Below are positions 1 to 9,125 of a stretch of DNA of 64,000 bases, piece by piece (within the stretch, counting starts at the first letter, position 1; each line of letters starts with the position of its first letter). The stretch lies in contig OY762911.1 in NCBI GenBank assembly GCA_963666565.1, positions 256,001 to 320,000 of the forward strand. The letters run 5' to 3'. The position numbers and the translations under genes were made by a program. Under the pieces are notes generated by a model. That model saw nothing but the letters and a program-made list of their open reading frames with translations. It made no database searches and was not told the origin of the DNA. This stretch comes from Thermoanaerobaculia bacterium. Its GTDB lineage: Bacteria; Acidobacteriota; Thermoanaerobaculia; Multivoradales; Multivoraceae.

Positions 1-887
1 TCCACGTCGAACCGGAGCTCGGTAAATCCGTCCTCGACGCGATGAAGAGCGACATGCTCCTCAGTCTGCTTCCCTTCGGGCTGGCGCTCAAGAGGCTGCC
101 GCTGCCGCACAACGTCCGCACCGCCCGGCAGATCAAGGCCCTCGACGAGCAGACCTACCGGTCGATCGAGCGGGCTCGCGATCCGGACTACCCGGGCGAC
201 AACGTGATCGCGCACTTCGTCCGCGCCGCCGATGAAGGCGTCGTCGACTGGAGTTTCCCGGACGACTCCGAGATCCGCGACGAGGCCTACACGCTGATGT
301 TCGGCGCCGTGGACGCGCCGACCGGCACCCTGACCCACGGCATCCACTTCCTGGCGCGGAATCCGGCGGCGCGCGAACGGCTCGAGCGGGAGGTGGACGA
401 CGTGCTGGGCGATCGGGAGATCGGGCTCGCGGACCTCGACCGGCTGCCCTGGGCGAACGCCGTCTTCAGGGAGACGCTGCGCCTCGAACCGCCGGCCTAC
501 GTCCTGATCCCGAGGGAAACCCTCGAAGACTGCGTCGTCGGCGGCTACCTGGTGCCGAAGGGCACGCTGATGAACGTCTGCATGCGCGCGATGCACCGCC
601 GGCCCGACTACTTCGAGGACGCCGACGCCTTCCGGCCGGAACGCTGGCTCGAAGACGCCAAGCAGGGCGGCTCGAAGTGCCCGGCTCACTCCTACCTCCC
701 TTTCAGCACGAAGCCCCGCATCTGCCAGGGCGAGGACTTCGCGAGGATTCTCTTCGTCTCCGGCCTCGCGACCCTGGTCCAGAAGCTGCGGCTCGAACCC
801 GAGAGCGACGAGCCGCCCACCAAGACGAACATCGGCGTCGGCATCATGGGGACGTACCCGGTGCGGGTCGGCGAGCGCGGCGGATGA
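1..887 (+). CDS. Cytochrome P450 (paralog 1, 5'-truncated by window edge)
   Basis: Frame is open from the window start. ExxR (ETLR), PERW and heme loop FSTKPRICQG are present. Confidence 0.93.
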   Translation, partial: HVEPELGKSVLDAMKSDMLLSLLPFGLALKRLPLPHNVRTARQIKALDEQTYRSIERARDPDYPGDNVIAHFVRAADEGVVDWSFPDDSEIRDEAYTLMFGAVDAPTGTLTHGIHFLARNPAARERLEREVDDVLGDREIGLADLDRLPWANAVFRETLRLEPPAYVLIPRETLEDCVVGGYLVPKGTLMNVCMRAMHRRPDYFEDADAFRPERWLEDAKQGGSKCPAHSYLPFSTKPRICQGEDFARILFVSGLATLVQKLRLEPESDEPPTKTNIGVGIMGTYPVRVGERGG

Positions 888-2266
888 CGCCGTCAGGCAA
901 CGGCAACGACAGGCCCAGGCTGCCTCCGGGCCGCCAGGGCGGGAAGCTGCGGACCCTGCGCCGCCTGATGACCGATCCCAACGGCTTCTTCGAGGGGCTG
1001 CACGCCAAGTACGGCGACATCGCCCGCTACGAAACGCCGGGGACGAAGTTCTGCGCCATCTTCTCGTCCGAACTGCTCGAGGAGCTGATGGCGAAGGACT
1101 CCGTCTTCCCGCCGTCGTATCCGAGAAGCCGGTACGACGTCGTCAAGTCGCCCGGCCTCGCCCGCATGCGGGACGACGAGCACCACCGACTCGGCGATCT
1201 CATCGCGAGCGCCTTCTCCCCGGACCGCATGCGCATGCACTCCGACATCCTCGCGGAGCAGGTGGAGGAGCACTGCGGCCGACTGCGGGCGGCGGAGGGC
1301 GTGGACATCCGCTACTTCGCCGAGTGCTTGGCGTGGGAGGCGACGTTCGGCGCCGTGTTCGGGCGCGACGCCCGCGCCGCACCCGCAGTCGCCAGAACGC
1401 TCGCCAGCGCGGTCAAGCTCGGCTACCTGCTCTCAGCGTTGCCCGGAGGGGCGCGGCTGGCACGCCTGCCGTTGCCCTACATGCTGAAGGCCCTGCGCGC
1501 GTCGAAGGAGCTGGACGCGCTCGCCTACCGGGCGATCCGCCGGGCCAGAGACCCGGAGCACCCCGGCAACGACGTGGTTTCCCACCTGGTCCGCGCCGCT
1601 GGCGAGGGCCCCTTCGACTGGACCTTCGAGAACGACACGAGAGTGCGCGACGAGGGCTTCTCGCTCGTGTTCATCTCCTACGAGACCCAGATCATCCCTC
1701 TCGTCTACGCCGCCTTCTACCTGTCCCGGAATCCGGACGCGAGAGAGCGCCTCGAGCGGGAAGCGGACGAGGTGCTCGGAGACCGGCCGCTCGCGGGAAC
1801 CGACTTCCCGAAGCTCCGTTACGCCCAAGCGACGTTGAACGAACTGCTCCGGGTCCAGTCGCCCGCCCAGACGCTGGTGCCGCGCCCGGCGGCAGAGGAC
1901 GGCACGCTCGGCGGCTACCTCATCCCGAAGGGCACCGTGATCCAGGTTCCGCTGCCGGTGCTCCACCAGCGCACCGATTACTGGGACCGCGCCGGCGACT
2001 TCCGGCCCGAACGCTGGCTGGCCGACTCCCCCGACGAGACGACCGCATGCCCCGCGGCGTTCGCGCCGTTCAGCCGGGCGCCGCGGGCCTGTCTCGGCGC
2101 GCCCTTCGCCACCGTGCTCCTGGTCTTCACCCTGGCCGACCTGGCGCGGCGATTCCGCATCGAACCGGTGGACCGCGAGATTCCCAAGCGGCTCAGCGCG
2201 GACGTCGGTTTCTTCGACGGGCCGATCCTCGTGAACGTCAGGGAGAGAACGGAGGGGCGGCCCTGA
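884..2266 (+). CDS. Cytochrome P450 (paralog 2)
   Basis: ATG at 884 overlaps the previous TGA (ATGA). N-terminal LPPG, ELLR, PERW and FSRAPRACLG. The ORF-track start at 677 is an overextension. Confidence 0.93.
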   Translation: MTPSGNGNDRPRLPPGRQGGKLRTLRRLMTDPNGFFEGLHAKYGDIARYETPGTKFCAIFSSELLEELMAKDSVFPPSYPRSRYDVVKSPGLARMRDDEHHRLGDLIASAFSPDRMRMHSDILAEQVEEHCGRLRAAEGVDIRYFAECLAWEATFGAVFGRDARAAPAVARTLASAVKLGYLLSALPGGARLARLPLPYMLKALRASKELDALAYRAIRRARDPEHPGNDVVSHLVRAAGEGPFDWTFENDTRVRDEGFSLVFISYETQIIPLVYAAFYLSRNPDARERLEREADEVLGDRPLAGTDFPKLRYAQATLNELLRVQSPAQTLVPRPAAEDGTLGGYLIPKGTVIQVPLPVLHQRTDYWDRAGDFRPERWLADSPDETTACPAAFAPFSRAPRACLGAPFATVLLVFTLADLARRFRIEPVDREIPKRLSADVGFFDGPILVNVRERTEGRP

Positions 2267-2312
2267 GGGCGCCCCGATCGCCGGCGAACCGACCACCGAA
2301 GGGAGACCTACG

Positions 2313-3698
2313 ATGACGTCCGATGTGAACGGCAACCCGCCGCTGCCTCCCGGCCCCAAGGGGCAGGGCTTCCAGAACATGCGCCGGCTGGCCGGAGACC
2401 TGAACGGCTTCATCGACTCGCTCCACGCCGACTATGGCGACATCGTCTCCTACGAAGTCCCCGGGGCGAAGTTCTGCGCCGTCTTCTCGGCCGAACTGAT
2501 GAAGGAGGTCATGGTCGACAAGGAGCCCATCCTGCCGCCGGCCTACCCCTGGATGCACTTCGACATCGTCAAGTCCCCCGGCTTGGCGAGATGGCGGGGC
2601 GCCGACCACAAGCGGCTCACCGGGCTCATCGTCGACGCTTTCAACGACGAGCGCATGGGCCCCGTGTGCGAGATGCTCGCGGAGCAGACGACGTCCCACC
2701 TCGACAGGTTCCGGCCCGGCGAGACGGTCGACGTCGTGGACGAGTTCGAGCGCCTGTCGTGGCGGGAGACGCTGACCGCCCTCTTCGGCGCCGACGGCGG
2801 CATGCGCCGCGAGATCGGCCGCCCCCTGCTCAAATCGGTCAAGATGGGCTTCATCGTCGAGGCGCTGCCGGCAAGAGGCCTGGTCGAGCGCCTGCCTCTG
2901 CCGTTCGTCCGGCGCGCGAACAAGGCGGCCAGGGAACTGGACGAACTGGCCTACGCCGCGATCGAGCGGGCCCGGGACCCCAACCATGCCGGCGAAGACG
3001 TCGTCTCCCACCTGGTCCGCAGCACGGAGGGAGGCGGCGCGGACTGGAACTACAAGAACGACCGGGAGATCCGCGACGAGGCGTACGCGCTCCTGTTCGG
3101 CGCCTACGAGCCGCCGGTCGTCGTGATCGTCAACGCCCTGCACTACCTGGCCCTGAACCCGGCCGCCCGCGAGGGACTCGAGCACGAGGCGGACACGCTC
3201 CTCGGCGACCGGCCGATCGCCGGCGCCGACTTGGAAGCGCTCCCCTACTCCCGGGCCGTGGCCCTCGAGTCCCTGAGGCTTCACCCGGTCGCAGAGCCCC
3301 TGGTGGGGCGCATCGCGCTGGAAGACACGACGCTCGGCGGCTACGCCGTTCCCAAGGGCACCCGGGTTCAGGTCTCTCCCCGCATCCTCCAGCGCCGCCC
3401 CGAGTACTGGGACGAGCCGAACGAGTTCCGGCCCGAGCGCTGGCTGGAGGACCCCCACAAGAGCGATCTGGGATGCCCGGCCCACCCCTTCCTGGGCTTC
3501 AACAAGGAGCCCCGCCACTGCCGCGGGGCGCGGTTCGCGACCGCGCTGATGGTCTGCGCGCTCGCCAGCATCGCACGGCGGTTCCGTTTCGAGCCGGTCG
3601 GCGACCCGCTGCCGAAGCGGGCGGGTACCGACTTCGGCGCCTTCCCGGGTCCGGTCCTGATGAAGGTCACCGAGAGGGTTCGGGAACAGGCGGCGTAG
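2313..3698 (+). CDS. Cytochrome P450 (paralog 3)
   Basis: GGGAG RBS; LPPGP, ESLR, PERW and FNKEPRHCRG. Clear similarity to paralog 2 (YGDI, KFCAxFS, DxVKSPGLAR). Confidence 0.95.
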   Translation: MTSDVNGNPPLPPGPKGQGFQNMRRLAGDLNGFIDSLHADYGDIVSYEVPGAKFCAVFSAELMKEVMVDKEPILPPAYPWMHFDIVKSPGLARWRGADHKRLTGLIVDAFNDERMGPVCEMLAEQTTSHLDRFRPGETVDVVDEFERLSWRETLTALFGADGGMRREIGRPLLKSVKMGFIVEALPARGLVERLPLPFVRRANKAARELDELAYAAIERARDPNHAGEDVVSHLVRSTEGGGADWNYKNDREIRDEAYALLFGAYEPPVVVIVNALHYLALNPAAREGLEHEADTLLGDRPIAGADLEALPYSRAVALESLRLHPVAEPLVGRIALEDTTLGGYAVPKGTRVQVSPRILQRRPEYWDEPNEFRPERWLEDPHKSDLGCPAHPFLGFNKEPRHCRGARFATALMVCALASIARRFRFEPVGDPLPKRAGTDFGAFPGPVLMKVTERVREQAA

Positions 3699-3722
3699 CG
3701 GCACGCCGGACGGCGTCTCCGG

Positions 3723-4184
3723 CTACCGCGCCGCGGCGTGCTTCCGCTCCACGCGGCGCTTCAGTTCCCTTCCCACGGCACGATAGCTGCGCTTCATGTG
3801 GGCGCCGGAAAGCAGGTTGACCAAGGGAGAGAGCAGACCGGTCATCCGCTCCCTGCACCAGTAGTCGCAGCTCGTCTCGTCCACGGCATCCAGATGCTGC
3901 TCCCGTACTGCACTGAACAGCCACTTCGTGCCGAGGACGACGCCCCAGGCGATGAGCCCCCTGGGAGGAGGATCGAGTTCGTAGAGGGTCAACTTGATTC
4001 TGACCTTCGAAAGACCCGCGTCGAGCAGCGCGTGAACGGGCGAGCCGATCTCGAAGTCCGTCCGGGCTTCCGGCATGAACCGATTCCACTCTTCGTACTC
4101 CTCCAAGTTGAGGAGAACGCTCCAGGCAGCTTCGGCCGGCAGGCCGATCCGGATCGGGTCCGTCGAAAACTCGTTCCTGAACAC
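3723..4184 (-). CDS. SRPBCC (START/polyketide cyclase-like) domain protein
   Basis: [24 protein letters not shown]...[11 protein letters not shown]...ELKRRVE pattern. GTG start preceded by GGGAGGT. Confidence 0.8.
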   Translation of the reverse strand: MFRNEFSTDPIRIGLPAEAAWSVLLNLEEYEEWNRFMPEARTDFEIGSPVHALLDAGLSKVRIKLTLYELDPPPRGLIAWGVVLGTKWLFSAVREQHLDAVDETSCDYWCRERMTGLLSPLVNLLSGAHMKRSYRAVGRELKRRVERKHAAAR

Positions 4185-4253
4185 GTCCGCGCTACCTCCC
4201 GCAGATGCGTAGAGAATGCACAAGCTACCACACTGATCGTGTATATTTCGTGT

Positions 4254-4400
4254 CGCTTCATGGTTATGTGTGGGCACGGAGTGAACTCGGGCGCCATGTC
4301 GAGTCCGCCGAGATGGAAGTAGATGGCGAGCCGGAAGTGCTCTCGATTTCGATAGCCGTGCGCTCTTCGTTTGATCTTCTGGATCGTCGCGTTGTCGCTC
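4254..4400 (-). mobile_element. ISL3-family transposase 3'-end remnant
   Basis: Minus-strand translation [33 protein letters not shown] resembles the ISL3 transposase C-terminus. It is followed by a CCCACAC...GAAGCG right-end-like sequence. The rest of the element is absent. Confidence 0.75.
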
Positions 4401-4406
4401 AGCGCG

Positions 4407-5816
4407 TCAGTCCGTCGTTTGGGCCTCCGTGCCGAGCAGGAAGCGGTACAGCCTCAGGGCGAGTTCCGATTCGCCTTCCTCCAGGCGCCGCAGGCCGGAA
4501 GCGGTCAAGGTCGCCGTGCTGACGGGTTCGTCCGTGACGACCGCGGCGGCCGCGGCCGTCGTTCCGAGTGGTACGCGAGGCCCGAGCGCGTCGCCCGGTC
4601 CGAGTTGGCGAAGCCGCTCGCCGTCGGCGCTGAGGATTGAAGCCCGTCCCGCGGTGATCAAACGGACGACATCGCCCGACTCGTCGTCCGACGGCAGGGT
4701 CTCGCCCGCGGCGTACTCCCGGACATCCAGCCAGGCGCGAAGGTCGCGGATCAGGTCCTCGAAGAGCGCCTGCCGGTCGAGATGGCGCGCCATGTCGGCG
4801 CCGACCAGGTCGAGAAGCCGGGGCTCCTCGCTTCCCGCGCACTCACCCGAGTCATAGTCGGCGATCAGGCCGTCCTCGCAATGCTCCAGCGCTCTGTCGG
4901 CGTCAAGCACGAACAGCAGGTTGCCGAAGACGTGCGGCGGCAGGTTGCGCCGCAGTTCGCGGCCGAGCAGCTCGGGCGCGGCGGACGCGACCACCTGGCA
5001 GCCGGCGCGATGAGCGGCCACGGCGAAACGGCACAGGGCGCTGACGGTGGAAAAGTCGAGACCCGGCACCGCCGCGAAGTCGACCACAACGTGCGTCGGC
5101 CGGGGTTCGTCGCCAAGCGACCGCCTGAGGCGGTCCGCCAGCGGATAGCCAGCGCCGAAGAAGACGTACCCGCGGAGACGGAATCCCCGGACACGCGACC
5201 CCTTCGAGAAACCCGAAGATCATGATCGTCGCGAAGATCGCCAGGATGATCGAGTAGTCGCTCGGCGGCAGACGCTTGCGGACCTTGAGCAGCCACTGGT
5301 CGACCATCGCCAGGCCGGTGAACAGGAGCACGCCGCCCATGAGTCGAGCCGTACGCCCATCAACGACAACGCCACCAGGCAGGCGAGGCCGCCCGTTCCC
5401 GCGACGAAGCCGGCCGACACGGGGTAGGGAATGAACCGCACGAGGTTCGCGAGCCGGAAACGCGCGAGCAGCATCAGGCAGGCTGCCGCCGCAAACGAGC
5501 ACAGGACGATGGTCGCCACCATGGTCGGAAACAGCTCGTCGCCCGCGGCGGCGAGGGACCCGCCGATCGTCCCGAGAATGATGAGGGTCGCCGCGGCGGG
5601 CGCGGCGACGGCGCCGGGAAAGCCGCTGCGCAGCGCGGTCACGAGGCACGCGGCCGCGGTGCCGAACAGGATGAGGCCGATCCCCTGGGGAAGATACGGC
5701 GCCAACCGGCCCGAGAACACGAGGCCGGCGAACGCCGCCTCGCCGATGACGACGCCGACTCCGGAGACGAGTCCCACGCTCAGGACCGCAAACGCCTTGC
5801 TGGCCTGGGATTTCAC
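4407..5816 (-). pseudogene. SulP-family anion transporter with STAS and cNMP-binding domains, internally deleted and frameshifted
   Basis: Three frames: the N-terminal TM part (RFIPYPVSAGFVAGTG), a mid fragment (LMGGVLLFTGL...IFGFLEGV), and STAS (LRGYVFFG...VDFAAVPGLDFS) plus a cNMP-like tail. Junctions near 5345 and 5185. Confidence 0.78.
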
Positions 5817-5897
5817 TTCGACCGGTCGCCCTTGCCGCAGAACGCGGAGCGGTGTATCTTACCTCTGCCTTACCCTCAACGGGAGGTCCAATCCGCG

Positions 5898-6173
5898 ATG
5901 TCCATACCCGAACCGCTGACCACCACCCTCTCGACCAAGGGGCAGGTCATCCTGCCCAAGCCCATCCGCCGGGCGCTGCGCTGGGTGGCCGGGACGCGCC
6001 TGGTCGTGGAGAACACGTCCGACGGCGTGTTGCTCAAGCCCGAGCCCGTGTTCCCCGAGACCCGGCCGGAGGACGTGTTCGGCAGCCTCGCCTACGGCGG
6101 CCCGCCGAAGTCGCTTCAGGAGATGGAGGCGGGCGTACTGGCCGAAGCCCGGCGACGGCATGAAGGCGATTGA
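5898..6173 (+). CDS. AbrB/MazE/SpoVT-type antitoxin (VapB)
   Basis: TTTLSTKGQVILPKPIRRAL motif; GGGAGG RBS; overlaps a PIN-domain gene. Confidence 0.9.
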   Translation: MSIPEPLTTTLSTKGQVILPKPIRRALRWVAGTRLVVENTSDGVLLKPEPVFPETRPEDVFGSLAYGGPPKSLQEMEAGVLAEARRRHEGD

Positions 6174-6546
6174 CACCAACGTCGTCGTCCGCTACCTGAC
6201 CCGCGACGATCCGGAGCAAGTCGCGAGAGCGAGGGCCGCGGTAGACACCGGAAGCGTCTTCGTGAGCACGACGGTGCTAATGGAGACCGAGTGGGTCCTC
6301 CGCAGCGTGTACGGCTTTCGCCCCGGGGAGGTAGCGACAGCCCTGCGCGCCTTCTCGGGGCTGCCAAACATCTCGGTCGAGAGTCCGAAGCTGCTCGTCG
6401 AAGCGCTCGACCGAGCGGAAGAAGGCATGGACTTCGCGGACGCGCTGCACCTTGGCGCCGCCGGTCACTGCGAGGCCATGCTCACGTTCGACCGCCGCTT
6501 CATCGAAACGGCCAGGGACGCCGCACCCAGGGTCGCCGAGCCATGA
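6160..6546 (+). CDS. vapC: VapC PIN-domain toxin
   Basis: MKAIDTNVVVR...E..WVL...DFADALH...TFDR, the PIN acidic residues. Confidence 0.92.
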   Translation: MKAIDTNVVVRYLTRDDPEQVARARAAVDTGSVFVSTTVLMETEWVLRSVYGFRPGEVATALRAFSGLPNISVESPKLLVEALDRAEEGMDFADALHLGAAGHCEAMLTFDRRFIETARDAAPRVAEP

Positions 6547-6565
6547 TGTCCGCTGCCGAACTCCG

Positions 6566-7381
6566 CTACCCGTACCGCCCCTCGATGTAGTCCGCCGTCT
6601 GGCGGTTCGCCGGGTTCAGGAACATGGACGCCGTGTCGCTGTGCTCGACCATCTCGCCGAGCAACATGAAGACGCACTCCTCGCTGGCCCGGCGCGCCTG
6701 CGCCATGTTGTGGGTGACGATGAGGATCGTGTAGTCGCCGCGGAGCTTCCAGATCAACTCCTCGACCGCCTCCGTGCCGGCCGGGTCGAGGGCCGAGCAG
6801 GGCTCGTCCATCAGCAGGAGCCTCGGCTTGACCGGAAGCAGGCGGGCGATGCACAGCTTCTGCTGCTGTTCGAGCGAGAGCTCGGTGCCGCGGCGGTCGA
6901 GCGAGTCCTTCAGTTCGTCCCACAGGAGCACCTCGCGCAGCGCCTCCTCGACGATGCGGTCGCTCTCGACCCGGCTCGGCGCCCGGCCGTCCGGGAGGTG
7001 GACCCGGGTTCCGAACAGGACGTTGTCCCGCACCGACAGCGGCAGCGGATTGGGACGCTGGAAGACCATGCCCACCTGCTTGCGGAGCTGGGCGAGCTCG
7101 ACCGAGGGGTCGAGCACGTCGAGGCCCCAGAGCCGGATGCTGCCGGTCGTGCGCACGTAGCCCAGACGCTCGTTGATCCGGTTGACCGAGCGAAGCAGCG
7201 TCGTCTTGCCGCAGCCGGAAGGGCCGATCAGGGAGGTGATCGCGCCGGCCCGCACCCGCAGGTCGACGTCGAAGAGGGCCTGGAAGTCGCCGTACCAGAG
7301 GTTCAGCTTCTCGATCAGGATGGCCGCCGAAGCGTCGGCAGGCGCGGGCGCGAACTCCGCCGCCGGAGCCGACCCGGTCAT
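6566..7381 (-). CDS. pstB: Phosphate ABC transporter ATP-binding protein (copy 2)
   Basis: GPSGCGKT, VFQRPNP, LLMDEPCSALDP and C-terminal YIEGRYG. The signature reads LSLEQQQ. ATG overlaps the upstream stop. Confidence 0.92.
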   Translation of the reverse strand: MTGSAPAAEFAPAPADASAAILIEKLNLWYGDFQALFDVDLRVRAGAITSLIGPSGCGKTTLLRSVNRINERLGYVRTTGSIRLWGLDVLDPSVELAQLRKQVGMVFQRPNPLPLSVRDNVLFGTRVHLPDGRAPSRVESDRIVEEALREVLLWDELKDSLDRRGTELSLEQQQKLCIARLLPVKPRLLLMDEPCSALDPAGTEAVEELIWKLRGDYTILIVTHNMAQARRASEECVFMLLGEMVEHSDTASMFLNPANRQTADYIEGRYG

Positions 7382-8250
7382 CCGAACTTGCCCTCGACGT
7401 AGGCCGTCGTCCGCGGATCCCGGGCGCCGCCGTGGAACATCGTCTCCGTCCCGGTCACCTCGACCAGTTCGCCGGTCAGGAAGAAGGCGGTCCGCGAGGC
7501 CAGCCGCCGCGCCTGCTGAACGAGATTCGTGACCAGCACGATCGTCATCTCGGACTTGAGCTCCGCCAGCACCTCCTCGATCCGCATCGTCGTCACCGGA
7601 TCGACCGCGATCGAGAACTCGTCGAGCAGAAGGATGGACGGGTCCTGCGACAGGGCGCGGGCGATCGTAAGCCGCTGCTGCTGGCCGCCCGAGAGCAGGC
7701 TGCCCAGGGAATCGAGCCGGTCCTTCACCTCGTCCCAGAGCGCCGCCCGGCGGAGGCAACGTTCGACGATCGCGTCCAGGTCGGCCTTCCTCCGCGTGCC
7801 CCGCAGCCGGGACGACAACGCGACGTTGTCGTAGATGGAGAGCGGAAGGCCCACCGGCAGCGGGAAGACGACGCCGATCCGCCGCCGCAACGCGTACGGG
7901 TTGCGCCAACTGCGAACGTCCCGCCCCTCGACCCGCACGCTGCCGGACACCTCCATGCCCGCCGTCATCAGGTCCATCCGGTTGACGGCGCGCAGAAACG
8001 ACGTCTTGCCGCTGTTCGCCGGTCCGATGATGCCGAAGATCTCGTGCCTCGGCACCTGGAGCGTGACGCCCGCTAGCGCCTGCTTGCCGTTGTAGCGAAT
8101 CGCGAGATCCTCGACCTCGATCGCCCAGCCGGTAGCCTCGCTCGCCTCAGGCGCCTGCGCGCCGGAAACCGGGTGCGCCGGCGTCCCTGCCGGTCTCCCG
8201 CGCGAAGCGCCGGTTTCCTGACGTTCCGCCGCGCCGGCGGCGGCCGTCAC
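7378..8250 (-). CDS. pstB: Phosphate ABC transporter ATP-binding protein (copy 1)
   Basis: GPANSGKT, LSGGQQQRL, LLLDEFSIAVDP and YVEGKFG. GTG start overlaps the pstA stop. Confidence 0.88.
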   Translation of the reverse strand: MTAAAGAAERQETGASRGRPAGTPAHPVSGAQAPEASEATGWAIEVEDLAIRYNGKQALAGVTLQVPRHEIFGIIGPANSGKTSFLRAVNRMDLMTAGMEVSGSVRVEGRDVRSWRNPYALRRRIGVVFPLPVGLPLSIYDNVALSSRLRGTRRKADLDAIVERCLRRAALWDEVKDRLDSLGSLLSGGQQQRLTIARALSQDPSILLLDEFSIAVDPVTTMRIEEVLAELKSEMTIVLVTNLVQQARRLASRTAFFLTGELVEVTGTETMFHGGARDPRTTAYVEGKFG

Positions 8251-9116
8251 CACTTCTTGCGGCCCCGCAGGTAGACGCGGAAGGCGATCGAGATCCCGTT
8301 CATCGCCAGCACCATGGAGATCAGGACCAGGGCGACGCCGAACGGCATGTGCTCCGGGACGTCCGGCACCTGGGTCGAGATGACGAACAGGTGCAGCGAC
8401 ATCGCCATCGTCTGGTCGAGTACTCCCTGCGGCAGGAAGGGAAGGAAGAACGCGGCCCCCGTGAACATGATCGGCGCCGTCTCGCCCGACGTGCGGGACA
8501 CCTCCAGGATGACCCCGGTCAGGATGCCGCTGATCGCGTTCGGCAGCACGATCTTGCGGATGGTCTGCCAGCGGGTGGCGCCCATGTTCCAGCACGCCTC
8601 GCGGAACGCGAGCGGCACGGTCTGGAGCGACTCCCGGGTGGCGACGATCACGACCGGCAGCGTCATGACCGCCAGGGTCAGACTGGCGGCCAGGATACTG
8701 GTGCCGAAGCGGAAGAAGATGACGAAGGCGCCGAGGCCGAACAGCGCGTGGACGATGGACGGCACGCCGGCGAGGTTGATGATCGCCAGGTTGATCGCCC
8801 GGGTGAGTCGGTTGTCCGGCGCGTACTCGCTCAGGTAGAGCGCCGCCGCCACGCCGACCGGCACCGAGGCGATCAGGGCGACGACAACCAGCCACACCGT
8901 GCCGACCAGTGCCGGCAGGATGCCGCCCGCCGTCATGTTGTCGAGCGGCTGGGTGAACAGGAACTCCCACGAGATGGCGGGGCCGCCGCGGACGATGAGA
9001 ACGCCGAGGATCAGGGCGACCGGCAGGATGAGCATGCAGGTCATCCACAGGAAGAGGAGCCGGAAGAGGCCCTCGACCTTCCGGTTGCGGCGGTTCTGTG
9101 CGGTCGCTTCGAACAT
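8247..9116 (-). CDS. pstA: Phosphate ABC transporter permease PstA
   Basis: AGVPSIVHALFG, GETAPIMFT; operon position. Confidence 0.95.
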   Translation of the reverse strand: MFEATAQNRRNRKVEGLFRLLFLWMTCMLILPVALILGVLIVRGGPAISWEFLFTQPLDNMTAGGILPALVGTVWLVVVALIASVPVGVAAALYLSEYAPDNRLTRAINLAIINLAGVPSIVHALFGLGAFVIFFRFGTSILAASLTLAVMTLPVVIVATRESLQTVPLAFREACWNMGATRWQTIRKIVLPNAISGILTGVILEVSRTSGETAPIMFTGAAFFLPFLPQGVLDQTMAMSLHLFVISTQVPDVPEHMPFGVALVLISMVLAMNGISIAFRVYLRGRKKW

Positions 9117-9125
9117 CGTGGCTCG

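Noticed and set aside
1-4300. P450-modified RiPP cluster
   Set aside because: No convincing short precursor ORF in the small intergenic gaps; one upstream of the window cannot be excluded.
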